DNA from: Nitrospirota bacterium
Lineage (GTDB): Bacteria > Nitrospirota > UBA9217
Assembly: GCA_963796285.1 (NCBI GenBank)
Contig: CAWCKW010000012.1
Span: 1,120,001-1,184,000 of the forward strand
Direction of reading: 5' to 3'
DNA: 64,000 nucleotides
In this document: in pieces, positions 22,587 to 31,487 of the stretch
How the letters are laid out: the number at the start of each line of letters is the position of its first letter
How positions within the stretch are numbered: position 1 is the stretch's first letter
The notes under the pieces: model-generated
The model's input: only the letters and a program-made list of their open reading frames with translations
What the model was told of the DNA's origin: nothing
Database searches by the model: none
Made by a program: the position numbers and the translations under genes

Positions 22587-23654
22587 TCATCGCAGCGTAA
22601 TGGCTTTCTCGGGACACATCTCCTGGCAGCAAAAGCAGGCAATGCAGATATCCGGATTCACCCGGGGAATATTCCCGACCATGGACAACGCCGATACCGG
22701 GCAATGATCAACGCACGTGCCGCAGCTCGTACACTTTTCCGGGTCTGCCTGGGGGCGAAGCATCGCCCGGCCATGGATCAGGGACTGCATGGTCTCGTTG
22801 CGCATTATGGCTTCGCCGCCCAGCGGGGGGAGTTTGAAATCAGGCAGGCGTTTCAGCTCCCCGATGATCTCGATCGTCTTGAGGTCGTAGTCGCCCAGGC
22901 CCGCCTCTTTCGCCTTCTGAAGGAAACGCAGTTTCCCCGGATCGCATCCCATCATGGTCGCAATGACGGCGTCGACGGCAACGGCATTGTCGGAGGCGAG
23001 GACCATGCCGATATCTCTGAGGTCGGGCGAGGCCGGGCCGTTGCCTTCCATCCCGACCACGGCGTCGACGATGAACAGGTCCGGCACCCTGAGCATGAAC
23101 ACCTCTACTATCATTTCATTAAAATCCTTCGGACTGCCGGCGGCCTTGTGCAGCATGGCCTTCTGGGCGCCGGGCAACAGGCCGTAACTGTTCTTGATCG
23201 CCCCGGTCAGAACGGTCAGGCCGTGGGTCTTGAATTTCGGCAGGCTGATGACGATATCGGCATCCAGCACGTCTTGCGACACGCTGACGAACGGCAGGTA
23301 TCTGGGATTGAAGGCGACCTTTCGGGAATCATTTCCGATGTTCTTATAATGGCCCTTGGCTGCTTCCATCAGGCCGGTCCTGGAAAAGCACTCCTCGTTC
23401 GCGCCGTAGTTGATCAGGCCCGGATTGTCTCCCACGATAAGGGACGCGGGGCCCATTGTTTCCACTTTTTCCACGACAGCGCGAAGCACGGCGGGATTGG
23501 TGACGATGCCTTCTTTTGATTCCGAGCTTCGGAGCACGTTGGGCTTTATCAGGACCTTTTTCCCGGATATGGCCAAGGGAAAGAGTTCAAATGCCCGGTC
23601 CACGGCTTTCCTGACATTCTCATAACTGGCGGGATGGATCATGACTCTTGACAT
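22587..23654 (-). CDS. DUF362 domain protein with C-terminal 2x[4Fe-4S] ferredoxin
   Basis: VLIKPN, LPKFKTH..T.LTGAIKN.YG, DAVVGMEGNGP; CTSCGTCVDHCP and CIACFCCQEMCP. Confidence 0.92.
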   Translation of the reverse strand: MSRVMIHPASYENVRKAVDRAFELFPLAISGKKVLIKPNVLRSSESKEGIVTNPAVLRAVVEKVETMGPASLIVGDNPGLINYGANEECFSRTGLMEAAKGHYKNIGNDSRKVAFNPRYLPFVSVSQDVLDADIVISLPKFKTHGLTVLTGAIKNSYGLLPGAQKAMLHKAAGSPKDFNEMIVEVFMLRVPDLFIVDAVVGMEGNGPASPDLRDIGMVLASDNAVAVDAVIATMMGCDPGKLRFLQKAKEAGLGDYDLKTIEIIGELKRLPDFKLPPLGGEAIMRNETMQSLIHGRAMLRPQADPEKCTSCGTCVDHCPVSALSMVGNIPRVNPDICIACFCCQEMCPEKAITLR

Positions 23655-23796
23655 ACAATCGTTCTCCCATGAAAGAAAAATTCCGCACCTGACCCTGAAT
23701 GGTTCTTTTGCTGCAGGGCGCTTCAATATAAGCCTGATGCAGAATCATGTCAATGATGTCTTATGAGTAGAGAGGGTAATGTGCGACACGAGAGGG

Positions 23797-24339
23797 TCAG
23801 TGGCCAATAGATTCCGATATATGCGCAAGCACTCGTTCAACTCGAGTCTTTGGACTGCCTGTTACCTCCAGCACGTCCACCTCGAAGTCGAATGAATTTT
23901 CCAAAATGATCTCTTTGAGTTTTTCGTCAACGCGCCGCCGGAATGCGGCGTCCTCCTGCAGCGGGAGAACTATCCGATCGGGCTCTTCGATGGGGATGAA
24001 GACGACCAGATCGAGCTTCCTGATCGCAGCTTGAACGCGAGGCAGCCATTTTTCGAGATCGAACGCTTCGGCGTCGGCATGCGTCAGGAGGTAGCCCAGG
24101 ATGTCGGCTGGACATCGGTCGAAGATGACGTTCGGCTCGTTCTCGTCCAGGAGCTCGATGGACCGCTCCATTTGCAGCTCGAAGTCTTCGAGAGAAGGGA
24201 TTTCAGCAAACTCGTACCCCTCCTCCTGCAACAGGTGGTAAGGTTCTTCGACAATGGTATACTGCGGAAGCGCTTCGGACAACGCCTCGACCAGTGTCGT
24301 CTTGCCTGAAAAGTGAGTGCCTGAAATGGCGATCCGCAT
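23797..24339 (-). CDS. AAA_28/NadR-like P-loop ATPase/kinase
   Basis: GTHFSGKTT Walker A, IFDR motif. Confidence 0.85.
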   Translation of the reverse strand: MRIAISGTHFSGKTTLVEALSEALPQYTIVEEPYHLLQEEGYEFAEIPSLEDFELQMERSIELLDENEPNVIFDRCPADILGYLLTHADAEAFDLEKWLPRVQAAIRKLDLVVFIPIEEPDRIVLPLQEDAAFRRRVDEKLKEIILENSFDFEVDVLEVTGSPKTRVERVLAHISESIGH

Positions 24340-24412
24340 AATCGGAACTCAACCTTGAACCGCGATGGCGGTAAAATTCTTGCCTTTTGAATAGAATTTA
24401 ATTTTTAGTTAC

Positions 24413-24549
24413 TAACAGGTTGTTGAAAAACTATTTTCGCAGGCTAAAGCCCGCGGCTACCAAAACGGAACATATTGATTTTGCATACGGTAGCCGCACC
24501 CTTTAGGGTGCGTTTGTGTAGGATCGAGCCCTTTTTCAACAGCCTGCTA
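24413..24549. mobile_element. MITE-like element: terminal IR (TAACAGGTTGTTGAAAAA/TTTTTCAACAGCCTGCTA) enclosing a pair of GTAG-type REP-like hairpins
   Basis: Inverted termini; internal GGCTAAAGCCCGCGGCTACC and GGTAGCCGCACCCTTTAGGGTGCG. Confidence 0.65.
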
Positions 24550-24554
24550 AACTG

Positions 24555-25796
24555 TCACGATATCGACTTCCTATTTTTTCTCCCCAAGTCCGGCAAAAAG
24601 GCGGTGAACACGCCGAGCAGGGGCAGATACGAGCACAGGTGATACACGTATTCGATGCCGTAGTGGTCCGCGATCTTGCCGAACACGGCGGCGCCGATCC
24701 CGGCCATGCCGAAGGCGAAGCCGAAGAAGAGGCCGGATACGGCGCCCACGTTGCCGGGAATGAGCTCCTGCGCGAACACGAGAATGGCCGAGAAGGCGGA
24801 CGCAAGGATAAGCCCGATAATGAAAGCGAGAATGCCGGTCCACGCGAGGTTCGCATAGGGCATGACAAGGGCGAAGGGCGCAGCGCCCAGGATCGAGAAC
24901 CAGATCACGCGCTTTCTGCCGATGCGGTCGCCGATAGGCCCGCCCATGACCGTGCCGATCGCCACTGCGAACAAAAAAGCGAACAAATGCAGCTGCGCCG
25001 ATTGCACGGACAACTGGAACCGGTGCATGAGATAGAAGATATAGTAGCTGCTGAGACTCGACAGATAAAAGAACTTGGAGAAGATCAGGACCAGCAGTAC
25101 GAGCATCGACAGGACGACCGTGCGCGTGGGCAGGGTCGGGTGCAGGCCGGTATGCGTCTTCGGCCGGGGTCCCCCGCTTGCCTGCTTCCGCTTGTACCAG
25201 CCGCCCACCTGCCACAAGACAGCAATAGCGAGCAGGGCCGCGAGCGAGAACCACGCGACGCTTTTCTGTCCCCGCGGGATGATGATCCATGCGGCAAGCA
25301 GCGGTCCCATCGCGCTTCCCGTGTTCCCGCCGACCTGGAAGATCGACTGGGCCAGTCCGTGCTGCCCGCCCGAGGCCATGCGGGCCACGCGGGACGACTC
25401 GGGATGGAAGACCGACGAGCCGGTGCCCACGATCGCGGCGGCGAAGAGCAGCATCCCGTAAGTTTGCGCTGTTGCCAGGACCAGGAGGCCGATGAGGGTG
25501 CATCCCATGCCGAAGGCCAGGGAGTACGGCTTCGGCTGGCGGTCCGTGTAGAACCCGATCATGGGCTGGAGCAGCGAAGCGGTGACCTGGTAGGTCAGCG
25601 TGATCAGTCCGATCTGCGCAAAGGTGAGCTGGAACGTTCCCTTGAGCAAGGGATAGATCGCAAGGATCAGGGACTGGATCATGTCGTTCAGAAAATGCGA
25701 AAAGCTGATGGCGCCCAGCACCCGGTAAGCAGTGCGCCTGGCGCTCTTGGGAGCGCTGTCGGCTTTTTCTTCACTGTTCTTGACGCTGTTTTGCAT
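24555..25796 (-). CDS. fsr: MFS transporter, fosmidomycin resistance (Fsr) type
   Basis: SHFLNDMIQS, ASLLQP, GSSVFHPESSRVARMASGG.HGLAQSIFQVGGN. Confidence 0.92.
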   Translation of the reverse strand: MQNSVKNSEEKADSAPKSARRTAYRVLGAISFSHFLNDMIQSLILAIYPLLKGTFQLTFAQIGLITLTYQVTASLLQPMIGFYTDRQPKPYSLAFGMGCTLIGLLVLATAQTYGMLLFAAAIVGTGSSVFHPESSRVARMASGGQHGLAQSIFQVGGNTGSAMGPLLAAWIIIPRGQKSVAWFSLAALLAIAVLWQVGGWYKRKQASGGPRPKTHTGLHPTLPTRTVVLSMLVLLVLIFSKFFYLSSLSSYYIFYLMHRFQLSVQSAQLHLFAFLFAVAIGTVMGGPIGDRIGRKRVIWFSILGAAPFALVMPYANLAWTGILAFIIGLILASAFSAILVFAQELIPGNVGAVSGLFFGFAFGMAGIGAAVFGKIADHYGIEYVYHLCSYLPLLGVFTAFLPDLGRKNRKSIS

Positions 25797-25971
25797 GGTG
25801 TTCCTTACAAGAGAATAATAGTTGTGAATGCGGAGCGTAACGCCGCGAGAACGGTTTCAGGCCGTCGAGATATTACCATGGAAGAAACCGCTTTGCCACT
25901 CTTTACTGCAATGGAGAAGTAAGAAGCAGGAAATGGGGCGTGGGGAATAAAGGGTGAAGATCCGGCAATCG

Positions 25972-26172
25972 TTATACTTCGTCCTCCTGTGAAACCTGGA
26001 CAGATGGGAACCCCTCTTCATCGACGATTACGCGAACCGTGATCGGCTTACAGCAAACCTGACAGTCTTCGATATACGTCTGCTTTCTTACGGAGCAGTC
26101 GACGAGAAGCTCAATAGGCTCGCCGCAATAAGGACACGTGCTGTTGACCGGTTCCATACCAAACGCCGCCAT
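25972..26172 (-). CDS. CPXCG motif cysteine-rich small protein
   Basis: CPYCGE...YIEDCQVCCKP. Confidence 0.88.
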   Translation of the reverse strand: MAAFGMEPVNSTCPYCGEPIELLVDCSVRKQTYIEDCQVCCKPITVRVIVDEEGFPSVQVSQEDEV

Positions 26173-26412
26173 ACATCACCTCAACGGCATTATACGTTAA
26201 CCGCAGCGAATAAAGCAACGCCGACCCTTCCCGTTGGCGATGGAATAGTGTCATCTTGAATTCTCTCTGGTCCCTGGCCGCATTGACAACGCTTCTTTCT
26301 CCTGCTACATTTTTCAATATGGAGAAAACGATGATTTCGCCGCAACGGTAATGGAGTACGTCGACCCGACGAGGTCAATATCCCGGAGATGACAAAAAAG
26401 GAGGAATAACAC

Positions 26413-26697
26413 ATGAACGAAGACATGGACAAAATGATTTCCCGCCGCTCACTGCTTAAAGGCGCCGCTGCAGTAATGGGCGTCGCACTGGTATCGACTT
26501 TCGTTGGCAAGGCACGCGCAGCAAAGTCGACCAAGGCCGCCTTGAAATACCAGGACACTCCGAAGGGCGATATGAAATGCAGCAATTGTATTATGTTCAT
26601 CCCCGGCAAGACACCATCGGAAGACGGTGCCTGTCAATTGGTGGAGGGTTCGATCAGCCCACAGGGCTACTGTACCGCGTGGCTCAAGAAATCCTAG
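26413..26697 (+). CDS. High-potential iron-sulfur protein (HiPIP) with Tat signal
   Basis: SRRSLLK twin-arginine motif; YQ..P...CSNC..F...C.LV.G.ISP.GYC.AW; GGAGG RBS. Confidence 0.9.
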   Translation: MNEDMDKMISRRSLLKGAAAVMGVALVSTFVGKARAAKSTKAALKYQDTPKGDMKCSNCIMFIPGKTPSEDGACQLVEGSISPQGYCTAWLKKS

Positions 26698-26734
26698 CGC
26701 AGCGTCTCGTAAACAAAACATATGCGTAGAGTAA

Positions 26735-26768
26735 AGAGCTGGTCACTTGACCAGCTCTCCTTGTTTTA
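26735..26768 (+). terminator. Intrinsic terminator after HiPIP gene
   Basis: AGAGCTGGTCA-CT-TGACCAGCTCT hairpin followed by a T-rich run. Confidence 0.6.
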
Positions 26769-26797
26769 AAGGTACGGGGCTTTTCGTGAAGAACCCG

Positions 26798-26963
26798 CTA
26801 GTGTAGTGTCTCTCAATTGACTGGTTTTATAAAATCTCCCCTTTCCCTCTTTTTCAAAGAGGGGGAATGACCTTGCCCCGATGCCTTCCTTTGGAAAAGG
26901 GAGGTTAGGAGGGATTTTCTAAGGTCTGCAATAACACCATTTGTTTGAGAGACACTACACTAG
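26798..26963. mobile_element. MITE-like element with 19-bp perfect terminal IR CTAGTGTAGTGTCTCTCAA enclosing REP-like CCCTCTTT..AAAGAGGG hairpins
   Basis: Exact reverse complement TTGAGAGACACTACACTAG at 26945-26963. Confidence 0.75.
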
Positions 26964-27108
26964 GGGAACGTTGTTAATTGCATCACTTTTTATATGGGGA
27001 TCATTAGTAATACCTTCATCTTATTGACTTTAATATAGGGTCGCGGTTTACTGTAATGATGAAGTGGTTTTACAGCCTCAAGATTTTTTCTTGGAAAGGA
27101 GAATTACC

Positions 27109-27660
27109 ATGAAAAAGCATGAAGGCAAAAAAATGGACATGCAGGCGATGATGGAAGTATACAAGAAGGTGGGAACTCCGGGTGAGCCTCATAAGCTGCT
27201 GTCGAAACTGGAGGGAAGCTGGACCACCAAGACCACGGGTTGGCTGGAAGGCAAGCCGGCCATGGAATCGACCGGCACGTGCGAGCAAAAACTTGTCCTT
27301 AACGGCCATTACCTGCAGCAGATCTATACCGGCGAAATGATGGGAGCGCCATTCTCCGGCATAAACCTCCTGGGGTACAATAACCATACGAAGAACTACG
27401 AGTCGGTCTGGCTCGACTCAATGAGCACGGCCATCTATCTCTTCGTGGGCAAGGGCAGCGCGGATGGCAAGACCATCACGCAGGAATGCAGCTACGACGA
27501 CCCTGTCAGAGGCCCGGCTGTCTGGAGCAGCGTGACCAAGATCAAGGACGACAATACCCTGGAGTTTGCGATGTTTATCACCCCCAAGGGTGGTAAGGAA
27601 GAGAAGATGATGGAGATGACGGTTGCACGGAAGGAAGCCGTCGCTCGCAAGGCAGCATGA
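27109..27660 (+). CDS. DUF1579 family protein
   Basis: TPGEPHKLL.KLEGSW, LGYNN....YESVWLDSMST. Confidence 0.88.
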   Translation: MKKHEGKKMDMQAMMEVYKKVGTPGEPHKLLSKLEGSWTTKTTGWLEGKPAMESTGTCEQKLVLNGHYLQQIYTGEMMGAPFSGINLLGYNNHTKNYESVWLDSMSTAIYLFVGKGSADGKTITQECSYDDPVRGPAVWSSVTKIKDDNTLEFAMFITPKGGKEEKMMEMTVARKEAVARKAA

Positions 27661-27883
27661 GGGGAGTGAGGAGTTGTCCCCAAAAATGTCCAATAGGTTC
27701 CTGCGTTCCGTACAGGTTCCTGTTGACTCGATATGAACATTCTGCTACAGTTGCGTAGTGTAACTGTCAAACACTACGTTTCAGCGAAACAACACGACAT
27801 ATCAACCGGTTCGAAACGGATGTACCTGCGTGTACATCCGTTCACCCGGGTTCTTAGAACGCTCAGCAGAAGGGAGATACTGC

Positions 27884-28252
27884 ATGGCAGTTATTGCAGA
27901 AATTGAAAAGGGAATTGGCTCCCACGGTTTGTGGAAGGCGCACCTGAGGCGTGCCATTGAAACAGGTACATTCGATGCCTCTATCGACACCGTCCGAAAA
28001 GACGACCATTGTGACTTCGGTAAGTGGCTATATGGTTCAACGCTTAGTGATATCGACAAGGCATCGAATTCATACAAGGCGGTGAGGGACCTTCACGAAG
28101 AGTTCCACCGGACGGCGGCCAAAATCGTCGATCTTGCTTTGTCCGGAAGGAAAGACGAAGCCAGAAAAATGATAGCCCATGATGGAGAGTATGCCTTGAT
28201 ATCTTCGAAACTTACGGCTAAGATGATGGAATGGAAAAAGAGCCTTTCTTAA
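27884..28252 (+). CDS. Standalone chemoreceptor zinc-binding (CZB) domain protein
   Basis: H..WK, CDFGKWLYG, LHEEFH motifs. Confidence 0.9.
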   Translation: MAVIAEIEKGIGSHGLWKAHLRRAIETGTFDASIDTVRKDDHCDFGKWLYGSTLSDIDKASNSYKAVRDLHEEFHRTAAKIVDLALSGRKDEARKMIAHDGEYALISSKLTAKMMEWKKSLS

Positions 28253-28269
28253 CAACTCCAGCCGGCTAG

Positions 28270-29309
28270 CCCCTGCCAGGAAGTCCACGATCCTTGTTAT
28301 TTTTCTGCACCCCAGTTCACAGGTCCGCGCAGTCATGCACTGATGTTACCAGTTATCACCCTCTTCTGCTGCCGCAGCGCTCCACCCTCGCCATTGAACA
28401 GGGCTCGGCCGCGCCTGCCTGGTCTTGTGGATTAATTATCATTATCGAGCATCGCATGTATGTGCGCGAACCTGTTCATGGGATGCAGGGGGTTTTGAAA
28501 AAGCAAAAGCTTCAAGTATATTCTTTTTGCCCCCCCATGCGAAAATTTAGGCGGGCGACCGAGTCCGAGGGTTAAGCATTTCGGATGTCCGAAGCCCGAA
28601 GGTCGGCGAGCCTGCGCCCAGCGTCTATGAGTGCGCACGCGCGAATGCAGGGTGTTTCCGAAATGTACTGAGGACGACCGAGCACGCCGTAAAGAATTTT
28701 CGCCGGGTGCCCTTCTTTGGGTCACCTTTCTTGGGCACGCAAGAAAGGTGACAAAGCTGAAGCAAGCCCCTGCCACGAAGTCCACGATCCTTGTTATTTT
28801 TCTGCACCCCAGTTCACAGGTCCGCGCAGGCATGCACTGATGTTACCAGTTATCACCCTCTTCTGCTGCCGCAGCGCTCCACCCTCGCCATGTGAACAGG
28901 GCTCGGCCGCGCCTGCCTGGTCTTGTGGGTTAATTATCATTATCGAGCATCGCATGTATGTGCGCGAACCTGTTCATGGGATGCAGGGGGTTTTGAAAAA
29001 GCAGAAAGCTTCAAGTAACGATCTGCACCACGGTTCTTTTCTGCCCCCCCATGCGAAAATTTAGGCGGGCGACCGAGTCCGAAGGTTAAGCATTTCGGAT
29101 GCCTGAGCCCAGCGCTGACGAGTGCTCGGCGCGAGTGCAGGGTATCTGAGCCGGGTTGCAGCCTGCGGCGAGCGTGTACGAGTTAGCGTTTCGATGCCCG
29201 AGTGCAGGGTGTTTCCGAAATGTACTGAGGACGACCGAGCACGCCGTAAAGAATTTTCGCCGGGTGCCCTTCTTTGGGTCACCTTTCTTGGGCACGCAAG
29301 AAAGGTGAC
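28270..29309. repeat. Second array of the ~500-bp structured repeats (modules Y-X-Y-X), same orientation as 21671-22557
   Basis: Y 28270-28496 and 28767-28993; X 28530-28752 and 29044-29309; period 497 bp. Confidence 0.92.
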
Positions 29310-29413
29310 TGACAGCAATGGGGTAGTTGCAGGGGGCAATATTAGGGGTAAATCTCATTCAGTGACAATACAGTCATCAAGTGAGATTTGATCCCGTTTT
29401 TTATTTTCTCGTG

Positions 29414-30191
29414 TTAGAGGGTATTCAGATAAGCGATGAGATCTTCCACTTCGTCTTCCGTGAGATAGGCAAAGGACGGCATGCTCCTCATCGGCTGCCG
29501 GAGCTGAAATCGAATGCTCTCGGCAGTGGCTGGATTATTGCTCTTCGGAAGTGTGCGCCCTTTCAGAATTCCTTTCAGACCCGGCCCCACGATCGTTCTG
29601 GTGCTCAAGGGATCGTGGCAGGTCGAGCACCGGGCAGCGAAGAGTGTCCTGCCCAGCTCGATGCTCAGGCGGTCGGTCCTGATCGGCAATCTGCCCGGAC
29701 CGCCGGTGCGCACGACCGTAAGGAGCGGGCCGCGCAGTTGATAATAGAGGCTCTTGTCCACTGACCGGTCCTGGCCGAAACGGGTCATTATCAGGAAGTA
29801 TCCGCCCGAGATACCGATCATCACGATGCTCATGATCCCGATCACGATGCCGATGGTCTTTGCCTGCGCGTAGAACTGGCGAAAGCGACGGATGAAAAGC
29901 ACCTTGACAACGATGAGCGTCAAGATGGCAAGGGCAAGCGCGATATGGACCACGGCGCGGGGGGAAGGCTCTGCCTTTGATAGCGGCGGCGAAGTCGACG
30001 CACAGATACGAGATGAGGAAAACGATCAGTAAAAAAAGATAGCCCGAGGCCTTATGGCGGAGCTTGATGCGGGCGACGTTGTCAACAGCCGCGCCTCCGA
30101 AGACTTGAAACATGGTATACATGCTGTAAACAGCAGGCAACAGCAGTACGAGAGAAAGGAGCGCTTTGATGTGAAAAATGGTCATAGACAA
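29414..30191 (-). CDS. Membrane protein with C-terminal monoheme cytochrome c (frameshift ~29975)
   Basis: Four TM segments with His (RHKASGY, VHIALA), CSTCH, GPGLKGI, SMPSF; split over two ORFs. Confidence 0.8.
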
Positions 30192-30273
30192 TATCCTGGG
30201 AACCTTGGGGCCGTTGTGGCCCGGTTTGACTTGCCCTTACCGTGTTCTTTTGAAACTTTGCTTTAGACTTCCT

Positions 30274-30597
30274 TCATAACAGCTTGCAGAGCCCGTCAAT
30301 TATATGCCTTTGGATTCCGTCCGCCAAGCGTTGCGCACTTGCTTTGGCCGCGACATCCAGCTCGATGGTCTCCAGTTCTGTGAGAACATCCATCTTCGTC
30401 ACAAGCCTTTTAAAACCAGCGGGTGTCAACTGGCCTGCTGCAAGCATGGTGGTCCAGTGTTCAATATTTACCGCCTGCAATCTCACAAATTCCGACTTAT
30501 CTTTCTTGGCAGAACTGATAAGTTCCTTGAGCTCATCTTTCGCCAGCGTCGAGGTCTCATCCTTGAAGCCGTCGATGTAATCAGTGAACTTGCTCAT
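30274..30597 (-). CDS. Hypothetical alpha-helical protein
   Basis: AGGAG RBS before MSKFTDY; co-oriented with the upstream lipoprotein gene. Confidence 0.7.
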   Translation of the reverse strand: MSKFTDYIDGFKDETSTLAKDELKELISSAKKDKSEFVRLQAVNIEHWTTMLAAGQLTPAGFKRLVTKMDVLTELETIELDVAAKASAQRLADGIQRHIIDGLCKLL

Positions 30598-30684
30598 GCA
30601 GGCTCCTAGCCCGGACAAGCCGGAATTGGAAATTGAAGAGTGGAAATTGGTAATTGAAAATTTAAAAACAGACGTAACAGACTA

Positions 30685-31164
30685 TTATTTATCCTTGTTC
30701 TTCAAGTTCTCTGTCGCTATGGCAATATCAAAGGCCTGCCCGAGAACTACCGCTGCTTGCTGAAAATACTTTGGGCCAAGTTTCGCCCCCCTGTTTTCCT
30801 GGTAATCCGCTACATCCGCGTTCAGCAATTTCTGGATCTCATTAAACTGCTGCATGGTTTTGCTGTTGGCGTTCCCTTTCCCCTTCTCGTATTCGTAAGC
30901 CTTGCGAAATTTCAGGGCAAGGTCTACCAGTGCCGCCTCATTGCCGGCATAGGGTTTTGTATCGAACGTCTCAAAAAGCATCATGGTCTCTGCTTTAAGA
31001 TCGGTCAGGTTTTTGTAAGTAGTAGTGTCGTGGTAGGCGAGGGGGATGGCACAACTTGTGAGCAACGTGCTCGTGAGCAACATGCCGGCAACGAGCATGA
31101 AAATTGATCGTGTAATCGAGCTCTCTCTGCTCCAGAGATCGGCTCTCGGCACTATAATAGGCAT
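30685..31164 (-). CDS. Hypothetical lipoprotein
   Basis: Hydrophobic stretch ending in LTSC lipobox. Confidence 0.7.
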   Translation of the reverse strand: MPIIVPRADLWSRESSITRSIFMLVAGMLLTSTLLTSCAIPLAYHDTTTYKNLTDLKAETMMLFETFDTKPYAGNEAALVDLALKFRKAYEYEKGKGNANSKTMQQFNEIQKLLNADVADYQENRGAKLGPKYFQQAAVVLGQAFDIAIATENLKNKDK

Positions 31165-31270
31165 GCGGGTTTTTCCCCCTTCATCCCCGCCCTATCCCCC
31201 GAAGGGGTGCAGGAAACGGCTTTGGGCGGGCGTGACGTAGTATATATAAATAGGCGAGGTTTCTGTAGCT

Positions 31271-31408
31271 AACGTACTATAAAAGAACGGACATGTCAAA
31301 GACATTCATGGAGGGAAGACAAAACTGAGGCTGTTCATATTACAGCGCGTCACTGGGATTATGGAGCGAGGCTTTGGCAGGATGTATGCCGGGTCTTTGT
31401 TGTGTCAT
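31271..31408 (-). promoter_or_regulatory. Duplicated ~140-bp promoter-containing module, copy 1
   Basis: Similar to 33764-33905; minus-strand TTGACA-N17-TACGTT in both copies. Confidence 0.6.
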
Positions 31409-31487
31409 CGGCCTCTCAGCTTCTCCGCTTGATCCGCCACAATGCGGCGCGGTCAAGGGCGGGAGGCCGTGAACTTCGGTGCACCCG

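Noticed and set aside
21671-29309. CRISPR array interpretation of the tandem repeats
   Set aside because: Units are ~500 bp rather than 23-50 bp repeats with unique spacers, and there are no cas genes in the window.
21684-29391. ORFs called inside the X/Y repeats (e.g. MPARTCELGCRK...)
   Set aside because: Frame, start and stop are not preserved between copies; indels are not multiples of three.
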